Positions 49,924-60,765 are shown, counted from the first letter of the stretch. The stretch is 64,000 nt of DNA from an uncultured Gammaproteobacteria bacterium (GCA_947258755.1 CAMYJO010000004.1:35550-99549); one strand, 5' to 3'. Made by a program: numbers and translations. The notes: a model not told the origin generated them from the sequence alone.

Positions 49924-50685
49924 ATGATGAAGAACGATACCGATAAAATAGTCACGCTGTCGAAGATCAAGGTCGCTTGCCAAAGCTGCAACCTGTACGA
50001 ACTGTGTCTGCCGCTTGGTCTGCATGGTGAGGATCTTGATCAGCTGGAAAAGATCATCAAGCGCGCCCATCCACTGAAGAAAAACGAATCGCCTTTCCAG
50101 CAGGGTGACAAATTCCAGTCTATTTATGCAATCCGCTCGGGCTCGGTCAAGACCTACACGATCGCCGATGACGGTAGTGAACAAATCACCGGTTTTTATC
50201 TACCTGGTGAGCTGGTCGGCCTCGATGCCATTAGTGATGACTGCCATCCATGCACGGCCAAGGCACTGGAGACTACCAGTTATTGCGAGATTCCGTATAC
50301 TGCGCTGGAACAGTTATCCGGAGAGTTACCCAGCCTACGCCATCAACTGCTGAAAATAATGAGCAAGGAAATCACTCATGATGCCAACCTGTTGATGTTG
50401 CTAGGTAAAAAAGCGGCCGATGAACGCCTCGCCTCGTTACTGCTGAGCCTGTCCTCGCGCTTGAAGAACCGCGGTTTTTCAGCCACCGAGTTCCATCTGA
50501 GCATGTCGCGTAATGATATTGCCAACTACCTTGGCCTTGCAGTTGAGACCGTTAGCCGCCTGTTTACCCGCTTTCAGGATCAGGGGCTGATCCAGGTCGA
50601 AGGGAAATTTGTGCAAATTATAAAACTCGAAGAGCTCAAGGCCATGACCAAAGAATGCACCTGCGAAAATCCGAAAATGGCTTAG
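49924..50685 (+). CDS. fnr: FNR/ANR oxygen-sensing regulator
   Basis: CQSC...ELC N-terminal Cys cluster, fourth Cys in YCEIP, ETVSR HTH. Confidence 0.93.
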   Translation: MMKNDTDKIVTLSKIKVACQSCNLYELCLPLGLHGEDLDQLEKIIKRAHPLKKNESPFQQGDKFQSIYAIRSGSVKTYTIADDGSEQITGFYLPGELVGLDAISDDCHPCTAKALETTSYCEIPYTALEQLSGELPSLRHQLLKIMSKEITHDANLLMLLGKKAADERLASLLLSLSSRLKNRGFSATEFHLSMSRNDIANYLGLAVETVSRLFTRFQDQGLIQVEGKFVQIIKLEELKAMTKECTCENPKMA

Positions 50686-50750
50686 TTAACAAACGCCGCA
50701 AAAAGAAGTTCCCTCCAGCACGACACTAAAACCTGTATTCAAGACTTTTC

Positions 50751-50764
50751 TTGATACAGGTCAA
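50751..50764 (+). promoter_or_regulatory. FNR box
   Basis: TTGATACAGGTCAA versus consensus TTGAT-N4-ATCAA, upstream of ompW-ccoN. Confidence 0.8.
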
Positions 50765-50860
50765 TGAAAACCTCTCAAAACATTTGCATATTAACACCTA
50801 CTTATGCACGCGTGTGCAAACATATTTCTATCGCGTAAAAATCTAAGCGTGGAGTTGATA

Positions 50861-51505
50861 ATGAGCATTAAAAACAGTACGTTACCTATAGCGGCAGCCA
50901 TTGCTGCCATTTTCACAGTCAGCGCACCGGCACTGGCACTCGATCAGGGTGACTGGATAGCACGTGTTGGTGTCAGCCAGGTAAAACCGGATACAGATAG
51001 TGACACCGCACCTATATCGGGTGGCCAGGTCGATGTAGATGACGGCACAAGCCTGTCTATCAACGTCGGCTATATGTTGACCAATAATATCGCCATCGAT
51101 GTACTGGCCGCATGGCCATTTAAACACGATATAACTGGTGTGGGCGCACTCGCACCTGCCGGCAAGGTCGCGGAAACCAAGCAACTTCCTCCAACGGTCA
51201 GCCTGCAGTATCACTTCCAGCCAAAGGCCAGTATTCGTCCCTATGTTGGCGCAGGCATCAACTACACCAAGTTCTTTTCCATCAAGGAAACCGCTTCTTT
51301 GGGTGGCGCTAAGCTGACCCTGGATGATTCCTGGGGCCTTGCCGCACAGGCCGGTGTTGATTTCGATATCAACAAAAAATGGTTTGCTAATGTCGATGTA
51401 CGCTATATCCAGATCGAGACTGAGGCCAACAGTACGGTGACCGGCACATTCGACGTGCAAATCGATCCCTGGGTCGTCGGTCTGCACATCGGTACGACAT
51501 TTTAA
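50861..51505 (+). CDS. ompW: OmpW-family outer membrane protein
   Basis: Signal peptide, LPPT, RPYVGAGINY, C-terminal F. Confidence 0.9.
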   Translation: MSIKNSTLPIAAAIAAIFTVSAPALALDQGDWIARVGVSQVKPDTDSDTAPISGGQVDVDDGTSLSINVGYMLTNNIAIDVLAAWPFKHDITGVGALAPAGKVAETKQLPPTVSLQYHFQPKASIRPYVGAGINYTKFFSIKETASLGGAKLTLDDSWGLAAQAGVDFDINKKWFANVDVRYIQIETEANSTVTGTFDVQIDPWVVGLHIGTTF

Positions 51506-51622
51506 TGTAATCAACTGAAATTCGATCTACACTAATACGATCGGTAGCCGGGATAATCTTTGCACCCGGCTATCCATTTACAAAAAATAATTAACAACTA
51601 CCAAAAATTAGCGAGGAAATCC

Positions 51623-53038
51623 ATGGATACGCAGACCACCTATAATTACAAGGTCGTGCGCCAGTTTGCCGTGATGACCGTTGTCTGGGGCATCGTCGGT
51701 ATGTTGGTCGGTGTGATTATCGCCGCACAACTTGTCTGGCCACAGCTGAACTTTGACCTGCCCTGGCTCACTTACAGTCGCTTGCGACCCTTACACACCA
51801 ACGCGGTCATCTTCGCCTTTGGCGGCTCGGCCCTGTTCACGACATCCTATTATGTCGTACAGCGAACCTGCCAGGTCAGATTGATCAGCGACAAGTTAGC
51901 AGCCTTTACGTTCTGGGGCTGGACCCTGATCATTTTACTGGCCGCCATTACCCTGCCGCTGGGCATCACCACCAGTAAGGAATATGCCGAACTGGAATGG
52001 CCTATCGACATCCTGATCGCCGTGGTCTGGGTAACCTATGCAATTGTCTTCTTTGGTACAGTACTAAAACGCAAAACGCCGCATATCTATGTCGCCAACT
52101 GGTTTTTCGGTGCCTTTATTATCACTGTTGCGATATTGCATATCGTCAATAGTGCCGCACTGCCGATCAGCATGACCAAGTCCTACTCGGTCTATGCCGG
52201 TACTATCGATGCGATGGTTCAGTGGTGGTACGGCCATAACGCGGTCGGCTTTTTCCTGACTGCGGGCTTCCTCGGCATTATGTATTACTTTGTACCGAAA
52301 CAGGCAGGTCGACCGGTATTCTCATACCGCTTGAGCGTGGTGCATTTCTGGTCACTGATCTCGATCTATATGTGGGCCGGTCCCCATCACTTGCATTACA
52401 CTGCCCTACCTGACTGGACACAGTCCTTGGGCATGGCCTTCTCGATCCTGCTGCTGGCACCTTCCTGGGGTGGCATGATCAACGGCATCATGACCCTGTC
52501 CGGGGCCTGGCATAAACTGCGCACCGATCCGATCCTGAAATTTCTGATCGTGTCGCTGTCATTCTATGGCATGTCTACGTTTGAAGGGCCGATGATGTCA
52601 ATCAAAACTGTTAATGCCCTGTCACACTACACCGACTGGACCATTGGTCATGTACATTCCGGAGCGCTCGGTTGGGTCGCGATGGTTTCAATTGGCGCTA
52701 TCTATGCCTTGATCCCGCACTTGTTTGGTCGCAAGCAAATGTACAGCATCAAACTGATTGATACTCACTTCTGGATCTCAACTATTGGCGTGGTCCTGTA
52801 CATCGTCTCGATGTGGATCGCCGGTGTTATGCAAGGTTTGATGTGGCGCGCCGTCAATGCCGATGGCACCCTGACCTACAGTTTCGTAGAAAGCCTCGAA
52901 CGTATGTATCCGTATTACATTGTTCGACTATTGGGTGGCGCGATGTTTTTCGTCGGCATGCTGATCATGGCCTACAACATGTGGAAGACCATAGCCGGTA
53001 GTGAACCTGCCGACGATGCCATTCCACAAACTGCATAA
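51623..53038 (+). CDS. ccoN: cbb3-type cytochrome c oxidase subunit I
   Basis: [28 protein letters not shown]; ATG 51623 after GAGG. Confidence 0.97.
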   Translation: MDTQTTYNYKVVRQFAVMTVVWGIVGMLVGVIIAAQLVWPQLNFDLPWLTYSRLRPLHTNAVIFAFGGSALFTTSYYVVQRTCQVRLISDKLAAFTFWGWTLIILLAAITLPLGITTSKEYAELEWPIDILIAVVWVTYAIVFFGTVLKRKTPHIYVANWFFGAFIITVAILHIVNSAALPISMTKSYSVYAGTIDAMVQWWYGHNAVGFFLTAGFLGIMYYFVPKQAGRPVFSYRLSVVHFWSLISIYMWAGPHHLHYTALPDWTQSLGMAFSILLLAPSWGGMINGIMTLSGAWHKLRTDPILKFLIVSLSFYGMSTFEGPMMSIKTVNALSHYTDWTIGHVHSGALGWVAMVSIGAIYALIPHLFGRKQMYSIKLIDTHFWISTIGVVLYIVSMWIAGVMQGLMWRAVNADGTLTYSFVESLERMYPYYIVRLLGGAMFFVGMLIMAYNMWKTIAGSEPADDAIPQTA

Positions 53039-53052
53039 TCAGGAGAGCCAAC

Positions 53053-53661
53053 ATGAGTCATGAAAAAGTCGAAAAAAATATTGGACTGATGATGCTACTG
53101 ATTGTAATCGTCATCAGCTTTGGTGGACTGGTGGAAATCATCCCGCTGTTTTTCCTGAAGGAAACCACGGAACCGGTCAAGGGCCTGAAGCCTTATACTG
53201 CACTACAACTTGAAGGGCGTGATGTCTATATACGTGAAGGTTGCTATGTCTGTCACTCACAGATGATTCGTCCATTCCGCGCAGAGACCGAGCGTTATGG
53301 TCACTACTCGGTAGCAGGCGAGTTTGTCTACGACCATCCCTTTCAATGGGGCTCAAAACGTACCGGGCCAGACCTGGCACGTGTCGGTGGTCGCTACAGT
53401 GATGACTGGCACCGGGTGCATTTAATCAACCCTCGCGATGTCGTACCGGAATCGAATATGCCGGCCTACCCCTGGTTACAGGAAAACCTGCTCGACGAGC
53501 AGCAAACACCGACTAAATTACAGGCCATGCGTACCCTCGGCGTTCCCTACACCGAAGCGGACATCGCGGCTGCAGCCGATGCTGTCAAAGGCAAGAACGA
53601 ACTCGATGCACTGGTGGCCTATCTGCAGGTCCTGGGTACCAGCATCAAGAACAGGAGGTAA
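53053..53661 (+). CDS. ccoO: cbb3 oxidase subunit II
   Basis: [20 protein letters not shown]. Confidence 0.97.
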   Translation: MSHEKVEKNIGLMMLLIVIVISFGGLVEIIPLFFLKETTEPVKGLKPYTALQLEGRDVYIREGCYVCHSQMIRPFRAETERYGHYSVAGEFVYDHPFQWGSKRTGPDLARVGGRYSDDWHRVHLINPRDVVPESNMPAYPWLQENLLDEQQTPTKLQAMRTLGVPYTEADIAAAADAVKGKNELDALVAYLQVLGTSIKNRR

Positions 53662-53666
53662 TAACA

Positions 53667-53858
53667 ATGAACATAATTAACTTTCATTCAGTTTACACCC
53701 TGTTGATGCTGATCGTTTTTGTCGGTATTTGTTTCTGGGCCTGGAGCAGCAAACGCAAGAAATTTTTTTCCGATGCTGCCAACCTGCCTTTTGCCGATGA
53801 CGATATAGCAGCCCATTCCGCGCAGAAACTCCAGGAAGAGGAGAACAAACATGAGTAA
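53667..53858 (+). CDS. ccoQ: cbb3 oxidase subunit IV
   Basis: One TM helix, WAW, AANLPF. Confidence 0.9.
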   Translation: MNIINFHSVYTLLMLIVFVGICFWAWSSKRKKFFSDAANLPFADDDIAAHSAQKLQEEENKHE

Positions 53859-54744
53859 TTTCCTGCACTGGTTTATCATTATTATTTCCGTCGGTAGTTT
53901 TCTCGGTTGTGTATGGCTAATCTGGTGGTCCAGCAGACCCCGTCCGGGTGAAGCGTCCTCTGGCGAAGAAACCGGTCACACCTGGGACGGTGACCTGGCT
54001 GAATACAACAACCCATTGCCACGCTGGTGGCTGTGGATGTTTTATCTGTCAATCGTGATCGGACTGGGCTATATGGTCTTCTACCCGGCGCTCGGTAACT
54101 TCGCCGGTACCAGCAAATGGACCCAGGTAAAACAATACGAAGAAGAGATGCAACGTGCCGATGAAAAATATGGCGCGCTGTTTAAACAGTATGCACAGCA
54201 GCCTATACCGCAATTGGCCGGTGATACTGCCGCAATGAAGACTGGTCAGCGCCTGTTCATCAACCATTGCTCCACCTGTCACGGCTCTGATGCCGGTGGC
54301 GCTACCGGTTTTCCCAGCCTGAAGGACCGCGACTGGTTATACGGTAGTAGCCCGGAAACGATCAAGGCCAGCATCCTAAATGGCCGTAATGGTGTCATGC
54401 CGCCCTTTGCCGCTGCTGTCGGTGGCGAGCAAGGTGTTGACGAGGTCGCCAACTATGTCATGAGTCTGAGTGGTGCACCGCATGACGCCGGCAAAGCACT
54501 AGCAGGAAAAGCCAAGTTTGCTGTCTGTGCCGGCTGCCATGGTCCCGAAGGTAAAGGCAACCAGGCTATCGGCGCGCCTAACCTGACCGATGATATCTGG
54601 TTGTATCGCGGCTCGATCGGTGCGGTCAAGAAGGCCATCAATGAAGGCCGTAACGGTGTGATGCCGGCCCAACTGGAGTATCTTGGCGAGCAAAAGGTAC
54701 ACTTGTTGGCTGCCTATATTTACAGCCTGTCGCAAGCGCAATAG
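53851..54744 (+). CDS. ccoP: cbb3 oxidase subunit III
   Basis: GHTWDG, NPLPRWW, two CxxCH motifs. Confidence 0.97.
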   Translation: MSNFLHWFIIIISVGSFLGCVWLIWWSSRPRPGEASSGEETGHTWDGDLAEYNNPLPRWWLWMFYLSIVIGLGYMVFYPALGNFAGTSKWTQVKQYEEEMQRADEKYGALFKQYAQQPIPQLAGDTAAMKTGQRLFINHCSTCHGSDAGGATGFPSLKDRDWLYGSSPETIKASILNGRNGVMPPFAAAVGGEQGVDEVANYVMSLSGAPHDAGKALAGKAKFAVCAGCHGPEGKGNQAIGAPNLTDDIWLYRGSIGAVKKAINEGRNGVMPAQLEYLGEQKVHLLAAYIYSLSQAQ

Positions 54745-54772
54745 GTTTAACATAAATACGGAGAAAGGAAAG

Positions 54773-55060
54773 ATGGCAGATCACCCAAAACGTCGCAAAT
54801 CTGATATAACTAACACACAACGACTTATTGCGGTGTTCTGGCCTTCTTTCCTGACTGCGGGTGTTGCCACCGCGCTGTTTTTCACCGCCTTCAATCCTGA
54901 GGAAATATCTTTATGCATGGGTCACCAGAAGCCCATCAGTAATATTGGCGCCTATACCATAGGCTTCTTTCTGTTCTGGATACTGACCTCATCTACCTGT
55001 GCATTAACATGTTACTTCCAACGCCCCTGTCATCAACCCGCCAAAGGCGAAAACGACTAG
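54773..55060 (+). CDS. small cco-associated membrane protein
   Basis: WPSFL.AG...YTIGFFLFW; ATG 54773 after AGGA. Confidence 0.7.
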   Translation: MADHPKRRKSDITNTQRLIAVFWPSFLTAGVATALFFTAFNPEEISLCMGHQKPISNIGAYTIGFFLFWILTSSTCALTCYFQRPCHQPAKGEND

Positions 55061-55079
55061 AAGGCTTTACACCTATATC

Positions 55080-56501
55080 ATGAGCAAGCCACAAACCAAG
55101 TCCGCTGCTAACGGTCAGGATGCCTCTGCGCCTGAGGCTGAGTCACTTTATGCCAAGCACAAGAAGGTTTACCCACGCGAGGTCCACGGCTTATTCGCGA
55201 ATTTGCGTACTACCGGAGTGCTGGCACTCCTCGGGCTATATTACGGTTTACCCTGGTTTCGATGGGATGATCGCCAGGCGGTATTGCTTGACCTACCGCA
55301 GCGACAATTTCACATTTTCGGCCTGACTTTCTGGCCCCAGGACTTCTTTTACTTTGCCGTACTGCTGATTATTGCCGGCTTAGCACTGTTTTTCTTCACT
55401 GCGCTTGCCGGCCGCCTGTGGTGTGGCTATGCCTGCCCGCAAACTGTCTGGACCGAGGTCTTTCTATGGATCGAACGTAAGGTTGAAGGATCACGCGCGC
55501 AACAGATGAAACTGGATAAGGCTGATTTCAGTAAACGAAAATTATACAAGAAGGGATTAAAACATGCGATCTGGATAAGCTTCTCTGCCTTTACCGGTTT
55601 TACTTTTGTCGGCTATTTCACCCCGGTAGACGTACTCTGGCAAGGACTAATAAGCCTTGACCTCGGGCCCTGGGAGACTTTTTGGATCATATTTTACAGC
55701 CTTGCCACATATGGCAATGCCGGATGGCTACGCGAACAGGTATGCATTTACATGTGCCCTTACGCACGCTTCCAGAGTGCCATGTTCGACAAGGACACAC
55801 TGATCATTTCCTATGATGAACAACGTGGCGACCCACGAGGCTCACGCAAAAAAAGTGCCAAACCAGGTGAACTCGGACTCGGGGACTGTATTGACTGCAC
55901 CCTCTGTGTCCAGGTCTGCCCAACTGGAATCGATATACGTGATGGGCTGCAATACCAATGTATTGGCTGTGCCGCCTGCGTCGATGTCTGCAATGAAGTC
56001 ATGGATAAAATGGGATACCAGAAAGGCCTGGTACGCTATACGACTGAACACGAGCTAGAGGGTGGTAAAACTCACCTGTTCAGACCACGCATCGTCATAT
56101 ACGCCACCATCATTGCACTTATTTTCGCGGCATTGGTGGTTGCGATTATAAACCGGGTGCCGGTCGAGCTGGATATTATTCGTGATCGCAACGCACTGTT
56201 CCGCGAGGTCAAGGGTGGTTTGGTCGAGAACATCTACAACCTGCGCATCGTCAACATGTCGAACATGGAACAACGCTATCGTTTGTCTGCCGATGGCTTA
56301 GAAGGCATGCAATTGATCAATCCTCGTGGCAACTTCGACGTCAAATCAGGTGAAATATACAGCCTAACCGTCCAGGTCCGACTTGACCCGGTCACGCTTA
56401 AGCGCCCCAGCAATGAAATTTTCTTTAATTTAGACTCGGTCAGCGGTGATAAAATATCGATAAAGGAAAAAGCACGCTTTATCGGCCCACTGGTACGCTA
56501 A
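55080..56501 (+). CDS. ccoG: cytochrome c oxidase accessory protein CcoG
   Basis: CGYACPQT, CIDC..CVQVCPTGID, CIGCAACVDVC. Confidence 0.95.
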   Translation: MSKPQTKSAANGQDASAPEAESLYAKHKKVYPREVHGLFANLRTTGVLALLGLYYGLPWFRWDDRQAVLLDLPQRQFHIFGLTFWPQDFFYFAVLLIIAGLALFFFTALAGRLWCGYACPQTVWTEVFLWIERKVEGSRAQQMKLDKADFSKRKLYKKGLKHAIWISFSAFTGFTFVGYFTPVDVLWQGLISLDLGPWETFWIIFYSLATYGNAGWLREQVCIYMCPYARFQSAMFDKDTLIISYDEQRGDPRGSRKKSAKPGELGLGDCIDCTLCVQVCPTGIDIRDGLQYQCIGCAACVDVCNEVMDKMGYQKGLVRYTTEHELEGGKTHLFRPRIVIYATIIALIFAALVVAIINRVPVELDIIRDRNALFREVKGGLVENIYNLRIVNMSNMEQRYRLSADGLEGMQLINPRGNFDVKSGEIYSLTVQVRLDPVTLKRPSNEIFFNLDSVSGDKISIKEKARFIGPLVR

Positions 56502-56527
56502 AATAATTCACCTACTAAAAGGCAATT

Positions 56528-57019
56528 ATGAAAGAACAAAAAACTTTAGCATGGTACAAACAATTCTGGCCCTGGTTCTTGATTGCATTACCTGGTTCAG
56601 TCGTGATTGCCTCAGTTATTACTATCATACTTGCCGTACAGAATGCTGATACTATTGTCGTTGATGATTACTACAAGGCTGGACTTGCGATCAACCGCGA
56701 CCTGTCCAGCGAAATAAGAGCGAACGAACTCAATATAAAAAGCAGCATCCAGTTCCACCCTGATCAAGCAAGCATCATCATTGAAAACACGCAATTAACT
56801 AGGCCACAGCAATTACAGCTGAAGTTGATCCATCCTACATTGGCTGAGAAAGACCAATCCATCGTCTTGTTACCCACAGATGGTTTACGCTATAGCGGCA
56901 AAATAAAGCCTGTTTCAACCGGGACATGGGATATCATCATCATCGCTGATGCGAACTCCTGGCGCATCCAACGCCGAATTAAAGTAGACGATATCCATGG
57001 GCGCTATCGGCTACGTTAA
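56528..57019 (+). CDS. ccoH: FixH/CcoH family protein
   Basis: WYKQFWPWFLI, DDYYKAGLAIN. Confidence 0.9.
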   Translation: MKEQKTLAWYKQFWPWFLIALPGSVVIASVITIILAVQNADTIVVDDYYKAGLAINRDLSSEIRANELNIKSSIQFHPDQASIIIENTQLTRPQQLQLKLIHPTLAEKDQSIVLLPTDGLRYSGKIKPVSTGTWDIIIIADANSWRIQRRIKVDDIHGRYRLR

Positions 57020-57165
57020 TCTACGCTCCTGATTTATTTTCCTAATTTACAATTGATTACAAGTCCGGCAAGCCGCGTACTTGTAAATCGATAAAAAATC
57101 CGTACTCTTTACTCATCACGAATAATATTCAACAAGACATCCCTCAAACCGATTAAGGAGCTGCT

Positions 57166-57552
57166 ATGTTTCATCCGATTACAATACCCTTTGGCTGCGT
57201 CATGTTATTTAATGTCGTCAAACTAAAAGATGGTGTTACCGTCCAGGATGTAGAATTAACCCTGGGCGAAATGTGCAATGTAGTTAAAAACACCTATGGT
57301 GATGATAACGGTGGTTTTATTGGCGGCCAGGTCTATAAATATACCGGCTTTGTTTCAGATGAAGGCTCATTCGATTCAAAGAAAATGACCGAAGACCACA
57401 TCGTCATCATGACTTACTGGCAGTCATTTGAACAACATGAGAAATCGCATGCCGATAAGGCGTTCCTGGAAAAGTTTAATGAACTGGCCGAATTCTGCGA
57501 AGAAACCTATGAGTTAGGTTATGAGATGTTGTGGCAGGGTGTACCTGAGTAA
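57166..57552 (+). CDS. hypothetical alpha+beta barrel protein with SOR-like HxxxH...E motif
   Basis: AAGGAG RBS; TYWQSFEQHEKSH...YELGYE. Confidence 0.65.
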   Translation: MFHPITIPFGCVMLFNVVKLKDGVTVQDVELTLGEMCNVVKNTYGDDNGGFIGGQVYKYTGFVSDEGSFDSKKMTEDHIVIMTYWQSFEQHEKSHADKAFLEKFNELAEFCEETYELGYEMLWQGVPE

Positions 57553-57569
57553 GCAGCTTAAACTCAATT

Positions 57570-57642
57570 GCCTGTAGGAGCGGCCCTTGGCCGCGATTTA
57601 ATATTTGAGGTTTTTTCGCGGCCAAAGGCCGCTCCTACAGGC
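57570..57642. repeat. GTAG-family REP doublet
   Basis: GCCTGTAGGAGCGGCCCTTGGCCGCGA ... TCGCGGCCAAAGGCCGCTCCTACAGGC between convergent genes. Confidence 0.8.
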
Positions 57643-57683
57643 TGGTTTTAAAAAATAACCCAGCTATCCGATCAGGCCTCCTG

Positions 57684-58502
57684 CTAGCCCAACTCCTCAT
57701 CACGAATTCGCTTGGACTGCAGGCATGACAAGATTCTTGATTTCAGGATCAGCGCGTTGAAGGGTTTGGTAATATAATCTTCCGCCCCCGTCGTCAGACA
57801 CTCTTCGATAGTACCTTGATCATCCAGTGCTGAAATCATGATCACTGAAGTCTGTTTATGACTGTCATCATTCTTAATTTGCTGCAGTACCTCGATACCA
57901 CTCATGCCCGGCATCATGATATCCAGCAAGATCAGGTCAAAAGATTGACTGGAAATTTTCTCAATCGCGGCGTGGCCATCGGCAACTGCTGCCACATTGT
58001 AGCCTGCACGGCTAACACGCTTCTGCAATAGGTCGCGACTCATATCATCGTCTTCGACGATCAATACTTCGGGCACCTGACCAGACTGCCAATGCACGTC
58101 ACCGCTAACATCCTCGCGAATACGTCGGTTCAATAAACAGCGCGTGATACGATTACGCAAGACCACCAAATCAAAAGGCTTGACTAGGTAATCATTAGCG
58201 CCAAGCTCTATACAGTGAATCACATTGCTGGACTCATCATCAGAAGTTAAGACGATCACCGGCAGGGAGTTTAACTTAGGATCCTGACGCATCGCCTTAA
58301 GGACTTCGTATCCATCCTTGGCTGGCATCATGATATCCAGCAATAACAGATCAAAATCCTCAAGGGCCATCATATCCAGGGCCTGCTGACCATCATTAGC
58401 AATAGCGACTGTATATCCCTGACCCTCTAAATGCCGCGACAGCGAGTCGCGGTTGGCCTCGTTATCATCTGCAATCAATATAGAATTATGCGTGTGCATC
58501 AT
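57684..58502 (-). CDS. tandem receiver-domain (REC-REC) protein
   Basis: Two DD...LLDIMMP...KPF modules, no output domain. Confidence 0.88.
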   Translation of the reverse strand: MMHTHNSILIADDNEANRDSLSRHLEGQGYTVAIANDGQQALDMMALEDFDLLLLDIMMPAKDGYEVLKAMRQDPKLNSLPVIVLTSDDESSNVIHCIELGANDYLVKPFDLVVLRNRITRCLLNRRIREDVSGDVHWQSGQVPEVLIVEDDDMSRDLLQKRVSRAGYNVAAVADGHAAIEKISSQSFDLILLDIMMPGMSGIEVLQQIKNDDSHKQTSVIMISALDDQGTIEECLTTGAEDYITKPFNALILKSRILSCLQSKRIRDEELG

Positions 58503-59794
58503 GTTGTTTCACACTTTATTTCATTGGTTGTTGTTGGTTTTATATTGCCGCTTATCGGCAACCTGGCACGGAAACTTGAACCACTTTGTGCCTGGCTAAT
58601 ATATGTAAGATCCCCGCCCATCATTCTACAGTAACTGCGACTGATAGATAATCCCAGGCCAGTACCACCGAATTCCCGAGTAGTCGAACTATCCACCTGA
58701 GTGAAGGGCATAAACAGGTTACCCGACTGACCCTTCGGGATGCCGATACCATCATCCTTGACATCGAAAATAACATATTCTTGGCCTGCATCCACTTCAG
58801 TGCTAACAATCAGATCAATCCGGCCATTTTTTGTAAACTTGGCGGCATTACCAAGTAAATTAATCAATACCTGCTTCAGCTTCAGTTCATCGGTAATGAT
58901 TTCTTCGGGTGTGCCATCATATCGCAGTGTATAGTCATTACCGCCGTACTCAATCAGAGTGCGGACTGTCGCCTCCACCTGAGTCATCATTTCTTTAACA
59001 TTAACCGGCTTCAGGGAGACCCCCATCTTGCCTGCCTCTATCTTCGACAGATCCAGTACATTTGAAATCAAAGACAGCAAATGCTGGCCGGACATATGTA
59101 TCTTTTGCAGGTCCGCACTGAATTCCTCCATGCCCATGGCCTTGGTGTCCTCAACCAGCATATCGCTGTAACCGATAATGGCGTTCAAGGGGGTGCGCAA
59201 TTCATGACTCATATTGGCCAGAAACGCAGACTTGGCCTGATTAGCTTCATCGGCCTCGCGCTTGGCAATATTCAGCTTCTTCAACATTAAATCGATATAG
59301 ACCGGTAAAATCAGCAAACAGACGACTAGGAAAATAGCCTCGAAGGTCTTCTGCGACCAATGCTGCTCATATATTATTACTGTGATAAAGCCCAGCAGGC
59401 TGAGTGCAGCTGATATATAGAGATGGATTCTGCCAAAGCGCACCGCCTGACTGACAAAGATCCAAACATACATAATATACAGCGGACTTGCAGCACCACC
59501 CGTTAATAAAATACAAAATGTGATCGCACACAAATCCAGGAACAGGGTGACATAGGTTCTGTTTTTCAAGTTTGGATATTGCACGACGTGCCAGAAAGTG
59601 ACCAGCAAATAAGTCAGGAACAGACTTGCGAAAATATAATAGGTTAATTTTGGAATTGGATAATAATTGGAATACGAACCCAGACCAATATAGGTGATGC
59701 CAAAGATAAAAAAAGCGGCACGCACGATGACCTGCTGAAACTCAGGGTGTTTGCTATTTTCTCTGAAGATAGTTATTAATGACATTGGATACAA
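58499..59794 (-). CDS. membrane sensor histidine kinase
   Basis: SHELRTPLNAI, NLLGNAAKFT, DDGIG, GGTGLGL; multi-TM N-terminus. Confidence 0.92.
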   Translation of the reverse strand: MYPMSLITIFRENSKHPEFQQVIVRAAFFIFGITYIGLGSYSNYYPIPKLTYYIFASLFLTYLLVTFWHVVQYPNLKNRTYVTLFLDLCAITFCILLTGGAASPLYIMYVWIFVSQAVRFGRIHLYISAALSLLGFITVIIYEQHWSQKTFEAIFLVVCLLILPVYIDLMLKKLNIAKREADEANQAKSAFLANMSHELRTPLNAIIGYSDMLVEDTKAMGMEEFSADLQKIHMSGQHLLSLISNVLDLSKIEAGKMGVSLKPVNVKEMMTQVEATVRTLIEYGGNDYTLRYDGTPEEIITDELKLKQVLINLLGNAAKFTKNGRIDLIVSTEVDAGQEYVIFDVKDDGIGIPKGQSGNLFMPFTQVDSSTTREFGGTGLGLSISRSYCRMMGGDLTYISQAQSGSSFRARLPISGNIKPTTTNEIKCETT

Positions 59795-59831
59795 TTAAGC
59801 TTGTACGTGAAATGCATACAAGCGATTGTGC

Positions 59832-60194
59832 TCATGCTATTAATGAATTGATTTTTTCAAGCAGTCTGGGTAAATCAATTGGCTTGGTATCATAATCATC
59901 ACAGCCGACCTCCAATGCCTTTTCTCGGTCTCCTGACATTGCATGTGCTGTCAGCGCTATTATCGGAATATTCGCAGTCTCACTATTGCCCTTGATTTGT
60001 TTCGTGGCTTCCCATCCGTCCAGAACCGGCAAACTCATATCCATGAGGATAAGATCTGGTAACTCGCTTGCCGAAATTGCGATACCTTCATTTCCATCTT
60101 TGGCGATGAGCAGATCAAAGCCTTCACGTTCCAGTCTGCGACTGAGCATATCCCTATTAAATTCATTATCTTCGACCAGCAAGATCTTTCCCAT
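59832..60194 (-). CDS. single-domain response regulator
   Basis: VEDN, LMDMSLP, TAHA, KP. Confidence 0.9.
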   Translation of the reverse strand: MGKILLVEDNEFNRDMLSRRLEREGFDLLIAKDGNEGIAISASELPDLILMDMSLPVLDGWEATKQIKGNSETANIPIIALTAHAMSGDREKALEVGCDDYDTKPIDLPRLLEKINSLIA

Positions 60195-60324
60195 ACCTTT
60201 TATTTCCCTCTACTGCAAAATTGCACTCAATTCTACTTGATTTTTCTATAAGTCCAAGAACAATAACGACAGCTGACAAAAAAAATGAAGTCATGGCCAC
60301 TATTCTTAGCTCATTCACACGAAC

Positions 60325-60765
60325 TCAGTCACATCGCAAATAAAAGGTCGCCGGGCCATCATTAACAAGGCGCACCTGCATGTCGGCAGAGAATTTCCCT
60401 TTTTCAACAATAGGGTATTGTTCAACTGCATGCTGACACAGCTCAGTAAACATACGTTCGCCATGCGCTGGAGATGCTGCCGAAGAAAAACCCGGACGCA
60501 TTCCCTGTGAGGTATCGGCTACCAGCGTAAACTGGGGGACCAATAACAATCCACCCTGGATATCCTTCAGGCCAAGGTTCATCTTACCGTCAGCATCAGC
60601 AAAAATTCTGTAACCGATAAGGCGCTGCAACAGCCTGTCGCATTGTTTTTTTCCATCTTCCTTCTCAATACCTACCAGGGCCAGTATCCCCTGCCCTATC
60701 TCGGCGATAGTTTGATTGTCAACATCGACGCGGGCAGAAGTCACGCGCTGAATAACCGCAATCAC
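60325..60765 (-). CDS. dtd: D-aminoacyl-tRNA deacylase
   Basis: GTG start overlapping the pip stop; IQRV, PQFTL, NDGP. Confidence 0.9.
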   Translation of the reverse strand: MIAVIQRVTSARVDVDNQTIAEIGQGILALVGIEKEDGKKQCDRLLQRLIGYRIFADADGKMNLGLKDIQGGLLLVPQFTLVADTSQGMRPGFSSAASPAHGERMFTELCQHAVEQYPIVEKGKFSADMQVRLVNDGPATFYLRCD

